Below are positions 28,467 through 37,500 of a stretch of 48,775 nt of DNA, piece after piece. Below the pieces are notes generated by a model. That model saw only the letters and a program-made list of their open reading frames with translations, had not been told where the DNA came from and did no database searches. This DNA is from Bacteroidia bacterium. Its GTDB lineage: Bacteria > Bacteroidota > Bacteroidia > NS11-12g > UBA955. The first letter of the stretch is position 1. Each line of letters opens with the position of its first letter. Made by a program: the position numbers and the translations under genes. Location of the stretch: assembly GCA_044360435.1 (NCBI GenBank), contig JBIKKI010000003.1, forward strand, positions 1-48,775, in the 5' to 3' direction.

Positions 28467-29756
28467 TTACGGAATAATTACCGGCAAAGACCCTTTCTTG
28501 CCATCGGCAATCAGGGTAACGAAATAGGTTCCGGCAGACAAGCCTGCAGTAGGCAACACATGTTGTTGCAGTCCTATCATCATTCTTTGATCGCTAAACA
28601 ATACCCTTCCGGAGGCATCTGTCAGTTGAATCAGGGCTTCATGTGCGGCTGAATAATCGGTAGCCAAAACAATGTTCTTGCCGGAGATCGCAGGATTAGG
28701 GAACACATTTAAGCGCAACGCATCACCAAAACTGGGCACGCTGGCAAGATTCGTCTGCTGTTTGTGCATCACAATTTTTCCGGTGGCGCTGCCGTCAAAA
28801 CGAGAGAAATAAAGCAGCCAATACTGTCCATCGGTGGCTTTGATCAGATAGCTGAGGCTATCCCTGCACACGAATTTATTGGTAGTTCTGCTGAAGGATT
28901 TCCAGTTGGAGCCAATTCCGGTCAAATCATCGGCAATCTGCGTTTTCCAATCTGCAGGACTGATGGCATTTCTATCTACACCAACAATGGCCGCAACCAT
29001 CACACCGGAATTACTTTCCACACCCATCACCGGATAAGGAATGGTTCTGCCGCTCATAGGATCAAAAGTTGGCGCGAAATATTGGGTGAACACCAAATCC
29101 CATGCAGCAGCAGGTTCGCGCAAAGGCTGGTCTTTTTTCTGCAGATGGAGGTATTTAAACTTACGGTTGCCTGCTGTGGCACTCAACACATTCATGGTGG
29201 TATCACCGGAGCCATCCAGTGCGGCAATGCGAATTTGCAGGTTTCCCTTGTCGTCTTGTTTTACAGGATAGAACTTGCGAAAAAGCTGGTTGGGCGTTCC
29301 GGCATTCAAAATCAGGAGGTACAGAGAATCACCAACTACCTCGTGCGTTGTGGTGTTGTACACACCCCAACTAAAATCCCACATACCAGGACCTTTCTGC
29401 TGATTGAAGGCACCCAGTTCCCTTTTCTTCAGGTCGTTGAATACCATACGCCATTGTTGCCAACCTGTGGTATCGAATGAATTCCATGCATCAAGCGCCC
29501 CTTTAGGATAAGGCACCACCCGCACACCTGCTACGTGGTTTGCCCTGATACAGTTGTCCATTTTCACCTGAGTATGAGCCAATTCCCAGTCGGTCAAGGG
29601 AGAAGTTCCCTGAATGCCGGATCCAAGTGCGTAAAACACTTCATTACGGTACCCTGGCCCCATTTGCACAGAATCAGTGACCCACTGCGCTGAAAGCGAA
29701 AAAGATTGGAATGCCGCGAAGCATACCGCCAGATATGTTGTTTTTCTTGAGAACAT
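28467..29756 (-). CDS. HmuY-like protein with T9SS type A sorting domain
   Basis: Sec signal ending LSA-Q. MGPGY.NEVFY, WELAH, WDLVFTQY, IGSNWK.F and YWLLYFSRFDG parallel the HmuY lipoprotein. CTD VFPNPA..LTDASGR..LSAGTYFV. Confidence 0.78.
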   Translation of the reverse strand: MFSRKTTYLAVCFAAFQSFSLSAQWVTDSVQMGPGYRNEVFYALGSGIQGTSPLTDWELAHTQVKMDNCIRANHVAGVRVVPYPKGALDAWNSFDTTGWQQWRMVFNDLKKRELGAFNQQKGPGMWDFSWGVYNTTTHEVVGDSLYLLILNAGTPNQLFRKFYPVKQDDKGNLQIRIAALDGSGDTTMNVLSATAGNRKFKYLHLQKKDQPLREPAAAWDLVFTQYFAPTFDPMSGRTIPYPVMGVESNSGVMVAAIVGVDRNAISPADWKTQIADDLTGIGSNWKSFSRTTNKFVCRDSLSYLIKATDGQYWLLYFSRFDGSATGKIVMHKQQTNLASVPSFGDALRLNVFPNPAISGKNIVLATDYSAAHEALIQLTDASGRVLFSDQRMMIGLQQHVLPTAGLSAGTYFVTLIADGKKGSLPVIIP

Positions 29757-29782
29757 CGTTGTGCTTTTTAAAATTTGGGCGA

Positions 29783-29801
29783 ATTTAGAATCCTTCTACA
29801 G
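29783..29801. promoter_or_regulatory. Fur-box-like palindrome
   Basis: ATTTAGAATCCTTCTACAG has a TAGAA-N3-TTCTA dyad. It lies ~27 nt upstream of the hmuY-like operon and overlaps a TAAATTCG -7-like element on the minus strand. Confidence 0.6.
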
Positions 29802-29911
29802 AAGCAACCAAACAGAAGTTAGGTTTATGACTTCTATCACCTTGATTTCGACCAGTTTAAACTGAACGATTTTTGCAAACAAAATTAACCGTTATCTGTA
29901 TGATGAAAGGG

Positions 29912-29919
29912 TAATTTTG
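29912..29919 (+). promoter_or_regulatory. -7 promoter element TAATTTTG for the hscA-like gene
   Basis: Exact TAnnTTTG, 10 nt before the ATG at 29930. Confidence 0.6.
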
Positions 29920-29929
29920 CCAGGACCAC

Positions 29930-31801
29930 ATGACAAAAATCAGCATAGATCTGAAGAAAGCAGAAATCGTTGCCAGTGAAACCATCATTGGAATTGACCT
30001 GGGAACTACGAACAGCCTGGTAGCGATTTGCGCAGGAGATGCACGCAATCCGGTTTGCTTGGAACAAAACGGTGCCGTGATTGTGCCGTCTGTTGTGCAT
30101 TTGGCTCCGGATGGCAACATTCTGGTGGGCAACGATGCCCGTGCCATGCTGGTTCAGGATCCGGCCAATACCATTTACAGCGTAAAGCGTTTGTTGGGCC
30201 GTTCCTACAAGGATGTACGTGAACATGACCGATATTTCGGTTACCGCATTGTGGAAGATGAAGCGCAGGAACAAATCAACGTGTTTGCGCATGGTAAATA
30301 TTACAGTCCGATAGAACTCAGCGCGATGATCCTTAAAGAGATTCGGCAACGTGCTGAAGCAGCCATTGGCAGCAAAGTCCAGAAAGCGGTGATTACCGTT
30401 CCTGCCTATTTCGACGATACGCAGCGCCAGGCCACACGGGAAGCCGGGAAGCTTGCCGGCCTTGATGTGCTGCGCATCCTGAACGAGCCAACGGCGGCAA
30501 GTCTGGCCTACGGCCTTGGACAATCCACAGCACAAAAGAGAACCATTGCTGTATATGATTTCGGCGGAGGAACTTTTGACGTGTCGATTTTGCAGCTGGA
30601 AGCCGGCGTGTTTGAGGTGCTGGCCACACGCGGCGATACCTGGCTGGGCGGCGATGATATCGATAAAGCCATTGTAGACTTCTGGCTGAATAACAACCCG
30701 GCGCTGAATGCACATACCGGGCAACGCGAGGTCATGCAACTCTTGAGGCTGATGGCTGAAGAAGCGAAGATTGTATTGTCAGAAGGAACGGTACAACTGT
30801 ATCAAAGGGAAGACACTATTGCTGCAGTTGATTTGGTGCTTAAGCTCAGCGCGGCTGAGTTTCGGGAATTGTGTGCGCCACTGCTCCAAAAAAACATAGA
30901 CATTGCCCAGCTGGCCCTGGAAGATGCCAAACTCAAACCCACGGAAATCCAGGAACTCGTTCTGGTGGGCGGATCTACACGCCTGAACCTGGTAAAAGAA
31001 AAAGTTCGCGAACATTTCAAAGGTGTGCACATCAACGACAGCCTGAATCCTGATGAAGTAGTAGCCTTGGGTGCCGCCGTAGAAGCAGACATCCTGGCCG
31101 GAAACCGAAGGGACATCTTACTGTTGGATGTAACGCCGTTGAGCCTGGGTATAGAAACGCTCGGCGGACTGATGGACGTTTTGGTTCCACGCAACAGCCG
31201 CATTCCATGCAGCGCGGCAAGACAATACACCACATCTGTAGACGGTCAGGTGAACATGGAAATTTCTGTGTATCAGGGTGAACGGGAACTGTGCGCGCAA
31301 AACCGAAAACTCGCCTCTTTTCAACTGAAAGGAATTCCGGCCATGCCCGCAGGATTGCCTAAAGTTGAAGTACGCTTTCTGATTGATGCCGATGGAATCC
31401 TCAGGGTATCAGCCAAGGAACTGAGAAGCGGCATCAGCCAGCAAATTGAAGTACAATATCAGAAAGACCTGAGCGACAAATCCGTTGAAGACATGCTGAT
31501 GGACAGCCTTGCCAACGCGCAAACAGATGTTGCCACGCGATTGCTCGTGGAAGCGCAAACGGAAGGAAAACAGCTGGTGTACACGGCAAAACGTTTCATA
31601 GAAAAGAACCAAACCCTGCTTTCTGCGGCCGAACAAAGCCATACCCTATCCCTGTGTGATGCCGTGGAATCCGTTTGTTCCGGAAATGATAAAGACGCAA
31701 TTCTTGCGGCCATTGAACGTTTAAACGACTATACCCGCCCCTTTGCGGAACGGCTCATGGATCAGGCCGTCGGGGCTGCCCTAAAAGGAAAAACCGTCTA
31801 A
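29930..31801 (+). CDS. hscA: Hsp70 family chaperone, Fe-S assembly HscA-like
   Basis: IGIDLGTTNS, AVITVPAYFDD, YDFGGGTFD, LVGGSTR, LLLDVTPLSLG. PAYFDD, LKGIPAMPAG and the C-terminal PFAERLMDQAV..ALKG favour HscA over DnaK. Confidence 0.8.
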   Translation: MTKISIDLKKAEIVASETIIGIDLGTTNSLVAICAGDARNPVCLEQNGAVIVPSVVHLAPDGNILVGNDARAMLVQDPANTIYSVKRLLGRSYKDVREHDRYFGYRIVEDEAQEQINVFAHGKYYSPIELSAMILKEIRQRAEAAIGSKVQKAVITVPAYFDDTQRQATREAGKLAGLDVLRILNEPTAASLAYGLGQSTAQKRTIAVYDFGGGTFDVSILQLEAGVFEVLATRGDTWLGGDDIDKAIVDFWLNNNPALNAHTGQREVMQLLRLMAEEAKIVLSEGTVQLYQREDTIAAVDLVLKLSAAEFRELCAPLLQKNIDIAQLALEDAKLKPTEIQELVLVGGSTRLNLVKEKVREHFKGVHINDSLNPDEVVALGAAVEADILAGNRRDILLLDVTPLSLGIETLGGLMDVLVPRNSRIPCSAARQYTTSVDGQVNMEISVYQGERELCAQNRKLASFQLKGIPAMPAGLPKVEVRFLIDADGILRVSAKELRSGISQQIEVQYQKDLSDKSVEDMLMDSLANAQTDVATRLLVEAQTEGKQLVYTAKRFIEKNQTLLSAAEQSHTLSLCDAVESVCSGNDKDAILAAIERLNDYTRPFAERLMDQAVGAALKGKTV

Positions 31802-32517
31802 TGATGAGACAGCGTGCATACTGGTTATTGGGATTTGGAATCCTTTGTTTCGCAGCCGAAGCAAGGGCACAGGTTCGTTCTGATGGCGGCCTCGCAGATC
31901 AGGAACTAGTTGAGGATTTCAAACGACAAAACTATGGACTGCGCATGGGCGCTGGCGTTTATACGATGCTCGGCAGTGAGTTGAAAAATCCACGTCCGCT
32001 GTTTGGCTATGCCGGAGGTTTCTTCGCCCAAAAAAAAATATCGCGTACCGCACCCCATTGGATCTATACAGAACTTTCTGCCCGTTTTGCAGGAGCAAAT
32101 TTTGCCAACTTCGAACTTGAATCCGATTACACCAAGATTTCTCAGATTTTCCTGGATGTACCGGTGCTTTGGAAATTCAACCTGAATCCCAAAGCCACCA
32201 AAGATCTGGGGCAAAACATCCTTCTTGGCATCCAGGGAAGCCACCTCTTACGCTCAGCCATTTACCTTGGCCCGGAGCGGATTCCCAAAAACAAGCTCAT
32301 TTGGTGGAAACGCTGGGAACCTCTTCCCTTAAAACCATTCGACCTGAATGCCATGGCGGGTTGGGAATTTGCAGGTGAGCAATCCTCGTTCATGGTGAGC
32401 CTGCGTGTTGGACTCATCAATGCCAATAAAGGGTTTTTCATCCCTGATGTGACACCGGCAACCGGCAACAACGGAACAATTCGCAATTGCTCGCTGGAAT
32501 TCAGTATGCTCTTCTAA
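31801..32517 (+). CDS. Outer-membrane beta-barrel protein (porin family / OMP_b-brl_2-like)
   Basis: Signal peptide, YGLRMG, FLDVPVLWKF, C-terminal LEFSMLF with terminal Phe. Confidence 0.75.
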   Translation: MMRQRAYWLLGFGILCFAAEARAQVRSDGGLADQELVEDFKRQNYGLRMGAGVYTMLGSELKNPRPLFGYAGGFFAQKKISRTAPHWIYTELSARFAGANFANFELESDYTKISQIFLDVPVLWKFNLNPKATKDLGQNILLGIQGSHLLRSAIYLGPERIPKNKLIWWKRWEPLPLKPFDLNAMAGWEFAGEQSSFMVSLRVGLINANKGFFIPDVTPATGNNGTIRNCSLEFSMLF

Positions 32518-32532
32518 ATCAGAAACTGCTTC

Positions 32533-33627
32533 TTACAGAAAAGGCAGCTTCACCACTTTGGCAAGCAACTTCTTGCCCCGCACATCGATGAAGATTTCAC
32601 TGCCCGGAGTACTGAACCCTGCAGCAACGTAACCCATACCGATGGCTTTATTCAGCGATGGCGCCATGGTACCACTGGTCACTTCGCCAATATTATTGCC
32701 TTCGGCATCTTTAATTTCATAATGCTGACGTGCAATGCCTTTATCGAGTACTTCAAAACCAACCAGTTTCTTGGTCGGGCCCTGCTCCTTCAGCTGTTTG
32801 TGAAAAGCAGCGTGGGTAAAGTCCTTGTTAAACTTGGTGATCCAACCCAAACCGGCTTCAATGGGAGAAGTCGTGTCGTTGATGTCGTTTCCATAAAGAC
32901 AAAAGCCTTTTTCCAACCTTAGGGTATCACGGGCACCCAAACCTGCGGGTTTGATTCCAAATTCCGCACCTGCTTCAAACAGGGCATCCCAAAGTTTCCG
33001 TGCATCTTCGTTTTTCACATACAATTCAAAACCTCCTGCTCCGGTATATCCTGTATTGGAAAGAACCACACCCTGAATATCGGCGCAGCTTCCAAAAGCA
33101 AAATGGTAATATGGTATGGCAGACAAATCAACGGAAGTCAGTTTTTGCACGGTCTCAGCGGCTTTGGGGCCCTGAACCGCCAGCAAAGACCAGGCATCAC
33201 TTACGTTGTATAGTTCACAGCCAAAAGTGTTGTGTTGGGTGATCCAGTTCCAGTCCTTTTCAATGTTGGAAGCATTCACCACCAGCATGAATTCTGTTTC
33301 GGTGAACTGGTATACCAGCAAATCATCCACAATTCCACCTTCATTATTGGTCATGCAGCTATACTGAACCCTGCCCGGATGAAGCTGCTTTACATCGTTG
33401 GTAGTGAGTGCATTAATGAGGTCGGCTGCCTGAGTGCCACGAACGATAAACTCGCCCATGTGACTAACATCAAAAACGCCAACGGCCTGACGCACGGCCA
33501 AATGTTCCTGAATCAGGTTGTCGTAAAGAACCGGCATGTTGTACCCGGCAAATGCAACCATTTTCGCGCCGAGCTCCTGATGAAGGGCTGTGAGCGCAGT
33601 ATTCCTGAGTTGAGAAGCTTCTGACAT
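32533..33627 (-). CDS. gcvT: Glycine cleavage system aminomethyltransferase T
   Basis: GVFDVSHMGE, GGIVDD, TGYTGAGGFE, GLGARDTLRLE. Start at 33627 follows TACCTTTG (33641-33634). Confidence 0.96.
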   Translation of the reverse strand: MSEASQLRNTALTALHQELGAKMVAFAGYNMPVLYDNLIQEHLAVRQAVGVFDVSHMGEFIVRGTQAADLINALTTNDVKQLHPGRVQYSCMTNNEGGIVDDLLVYQFTETEFMLVVNASNIEKDWNWITQHNTFGCELYNVSDAWSLLAVQGPKAAETVQKLTSVDLSAIPYYHFAFGSCADIQGVVLSNTGYTGAGGFELYVKNEDARKLWDALFEAGAEFGIKPAGLGARDTLRLEKGFCLYGNDINDTTSPIEAGLGWITKFNKDFTHAAFHKQLKEQGPTKKLVGFEVLDKGIARQHYEIKDAEGNNIGEVTSGTMAPSLNKAIGMGYVAAGFSTPGSEIFIDVRGKKLLAKVVKLPFL

Positions 33628-33745
33628 GAGGCGCAAAGGTAGGCTACCGATGCCCATTTTGTTCACAGTTGATGCGGTTTCCACAATGGACACAGCGGTA
33701 AAAATGGTGGATAATACAGCGAATCCTACATGTTAGCTTTGCGGC

Positions 33746-34510
33746 ATGAGCAGAAAGAAGATTGTTGCTGGGAATTGGAAAATGCACAAAACCCTGGAAG
33801 AGTCCATGGCACTCACCACAGAAATCAGAGGTATGGTACGCGATGAACTCAGGGGAGAAACTCAGGTTATTTTGTTTCCACCTTTCATCAGCATGGCCGG
33901 AATGTCCAGACTTTTGGAAGGTTCTGCCATCGGCTTGGGTGCACAAAACTGCCATTGGGAAGACCAAGGCGCCTTTACCGGTGAAATTTCTGCCGGAATG
34001 GTAAAAAGCACAGGAGCTACACATGTTTTGGTTGGACATTCTGAACGCAGGCTTTATTTCGGAGAAACCAATGAACAACTGGCCAAGAAAGCCAAAACTG
34101 CCATACGACACGGATTGAAAGTGGTATTCTGCGTGGGTGAAAGCCAGCAGGAACGCGAAGACAAAACCTATTTCAAGGTCATTGAAAAGCAAATCTCAGA
34201 AGGTTTGTTTCACCTGGACCGCAAAGAGTTCGCATCGGTAGTGATTGCCTATGAACCTGTTTGGGCCATCGGTACCGGCCTGACCGCTTCCCCAGATGAT
34301 GCCCAGGAAATCCACCACCTGATTCGCAAACTGGTGGCCAACTACTACAACGAAGAAATTGCCAACGGCCTGAGCATCCTTTACGGAGGTTCGGTAAAAC
34401 CTGAAAACGCAGCACAACTGTTCGCCATGAACGATATTGACGGCGGATTGATTGGCGGAGCCGCGCTTAAAGCCCGCGATTTTATCGAAATCTGTAAGGC
34501 TTTTCGCTGA
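33746..34510 (+). CDS. tpiA: Triosephosphate isomerase
   Basis: AGNWKM, GAFTGE, GHSERR, AYEPVWAIGTG, LYGGSV, GGLIGGA. TAGCTTTG at 33734-33741. Confidence 0.98.
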   Translation: MSRKKIVAGNWKMHKTLEESMALTTEIRGMVRDELRGETQVILFPPFISMAGMSRLLEGSAIGLGAQNCHWEDQGAFTGEISAGMVKSTGATHVLVGHSERRLYFGETNEQLAKKAKTAIRHGLKVVFCVGESQQEREDKTYFKVIEKQISEGLFHLDRKEFASVVIAYEPVWAIGTGLTASPDDAQEIHHLIRKLVANYYNEEIANGLSILYGGSVKPENAAQLFAMNDIDGGLIGGAALKARDFIEICKAFR

Positions 34511-34591
34511 GCCTGAAATACTGCTTTTCACTAAATTGGCGTTTTGGGGTACGGCATTTGCAGTGTACCCTTCACGGAAATGATTCACCTG

Positions 34592-37500
34592 ATGTTCAGA
34601 GTAATACTCTTCACCTTATTTGGCATTGCACTTTGTTCGAAAGCAAGCGCTCAGATCAAAAGTTTTAGTCCGGATCCAGCGATTTACATCAAGGAATTCG
34701 AACAATTCATCAGGAGCGCTGAAGACAAGGCTCTGGATGCAGACCTTGAAATCTTCCTCAGCAACTGGAAAGGTGCCAAGTTTGATGCTGTGCAGCAGAA
34801 GAACATATCCAAACTGTGTAACAGTATGATTCAGCGCGGGCTGAACATCAAGCCCTACTTCAGCTTGGTACTCAGTTCCTTGAATGCCTTTGCAAGCCGC
34901 AAACTTCCCGCCAAAAATTTGCAGCAATGGCAACAAATTGCAGACAATCTGCTGGGCAGAAACCCCGCTGAATACCTCAGCTTCCTGCAATTGGCAAACA
35001 ACCTGTTCCGCGACAATACCATTTTCCGCGATCCTGCAAAACGCTGGTACGCGAAGTCCATGGATTTCGACATCCTGTTTACCACGCAAATTGAAGTTCG
35101 TTTTAAAAAAACCGACCTGATATGCCGCACCTTGTTCGACAGTCTGATCATCTCCAACACGGAAGGAACCTACATACCCGGCAAGAACCTGTGGAAAGGA
35201 AATGGCGGTCTGACCGGCTGGGAACGAACCATGCCCGGAGAACAGATGAAAGTACAGCTGTTCCGCTATGAAACAGATGTGCTGACCAGCGGCTATCTTG
35301 CAGATTCTGCCTGGCTTTCCTATCCAAAATTCTTTTCCAAACAAGTACTTGGACGTTTTGAAGACCGTGCTTCCTATGCCAGTAATCCGGATGAAGTAAA
35401 AACCAGTTCATACCCTAAATTCAGCACCTTCCGAAGCGATCTGGAAATTAGAAACCTGCTTGGACCAAGGGCCACCTATACCGGCGGATTGACCATCAAC
35501 GGAGCAGAAATCACAACAGTGAATGCCCAGGGAAAGGAATCGGTCATCACCATTTATTTCAAGGGGAAGAAAAAGATCATTGCCAAATCGGCCTCGTTCA
35601 AAATAGCAGATGGAACCGCTTCGAGCCTTGAAAGTTCATTCCTGCTCATTGCCGATAGCGCCAAGGGGAATATCTACCACCAAAAAGTGCAGTTTAACTT
35701 CAATTTTAAGGAAGGCAAACTGGTGGTAACCAAAGGTGTTACCGGATTGATGCGTGCACCCTTCAGCGATGATTTCCACAAGCTTGATATCGATGTGCAG
35801 CAGCTTCGTTGGAACATTGAAGAGCCGTTTATTGATTTCGATATGGTCAATAAAAACCAGGATGCCAAGATTGAGTCGGCCGGTTTCTTCAAAGAATTTC
35901 GATACGAAAAACTCCAGGGTGCCTTGCGCTACAACCCGCTGGAGAAAATGACGGACTATTACAGAACCAATCTTTCCAAAGACCGGCGCATCAAGTTCGC
36001 CGTGAAAGATTATGCCACATACCTGAAAAATTCAGTGGAACATATTGAGGCGCAGCTCATTGACCTGGCGGATGGAGGTTACATTGTGTATAACCCGTTT
36101 GAAGACTCTATCACCATCCGGGCTAAACTGTTCAACTACGTTCAAAGCCATCATAAACTGCGCGACTACGACGTCATTCGATTCTCTTCGCTGATTGCGG
36201 CCAGACCCAATGGAACCTTGAACCTGCTTACCAACGAACTCAAGCTTGAAGGCGTGCAGCGCTTCTACTTCAGCGATTCTCAAAATGTGGTTGCCTTGCC
36301 AACCGAACAAATCATCACCGTTCTGGAAAACCGTCGCCTGAAGTTCAGCGGAATGATTCGCGCGGGCAGGTTTGACTTCTTCGGAAAGAATTTCGAATTC
36401 GACTACGATAAGTTCCAGATTCTGTACACCAACATTGACAGCATGAGGCTGTATTTCCCCGACAGCAGCGGGAAAGCCATTGTTCCCATTAAATCTGTGC
36501 TGCGCAATATTTACGGAACGCTGTATATCGACAAGCCCAACAACAAGTCGGGGTTAAAGAGCTTTCCGGAATACCCCATCTTCAGGAGCGACAAGGGCAG
36601 CGTTATCACGTATGAAAAATCGTATATCCACGGCGGCGCCTATAAACCGGATAAATTTTACTTCGAAGTAGATCCATTTACCATCGACAGTTTGGACAAT
36701 TTTACTATTTCCGGACTGGCATTCGACGGCACATTCAGGTCGGACGGCATTTTTCCTGATTTCCGAGAGAAAGCCCGAATTCAAAAAGATTATTCTCTTG
36801 GATTCATCTCACATACCCCACCTGGTGGTTTCCCCATGTACCGTGGTAAAGGAAAAGGAGATATGGCCATCTCCCTCAGCGAACAAGGTTTATACGGAAG
36901 TGGAACCATCGAATACAGCGGAAGCAAAACCAAATCGAACAGTTTTCTGCTGCTGCCAGATAAAATGAAGGCACAAGTGGAAAGTTATGAACTTCCGCAA
37001 AGCGCGAAATATCCTGAGGTTTATGCAGCCAATGCCGGCGCAGAATGGAAGCCAGGGGAAGATAAATTCACCATCACCAACGGTGAAGCGCCCATTCGCA
37101 TGTTTAAAATGGGCTACAGTTTTTATGGAAGCATAACCCAAAGCCCGGCGCAGTTGAAAGGCGACGGTGTACTGAAATGGTCTGAAGCGAATTTCTCCAG
37201 CAAGGATATGACCTTCGGTTCGAACAAAACCTCCGCGCAGGAAGCAGCACTGCAAATTTTCTCACTCGACAGCACCCGCGTTGCCTTCAGAACAGATCAT
37301 GTTCGGGGAACACTTGACTTTGATAAGGGCGCAGGTGATTTCACCAACAACATTCCAGGCAGCCCTACCCTGTTCCCCTGGAATAAATATGCCACCAACA
37401 TGAGTGATTACCGCTGGGACATCCGCAACAAGGCCATCGAAGTGAAAACAGGCGCTTCCATGGCCGGAATCACGCCCATGTTTGTGAGCACACACCCCAA

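Noticed and set aside
29885-30739. 284-aa antisense ORF opposite the Hsp70 gene
   Set aside because: Long antisense frames opposite dnaK/hsp70 genes are a known artefact, often mis-annotated as NAD-specific glutamate dehydrogenase. It is almost fully overlapped by a clear gene.
31801-32517. PorP/SprF or PorT identity for the beta-barrel
   Set aside because: I could not see PorP-type motifs (e.g. NPA, YRxQW), so it is left as a generic barrel.
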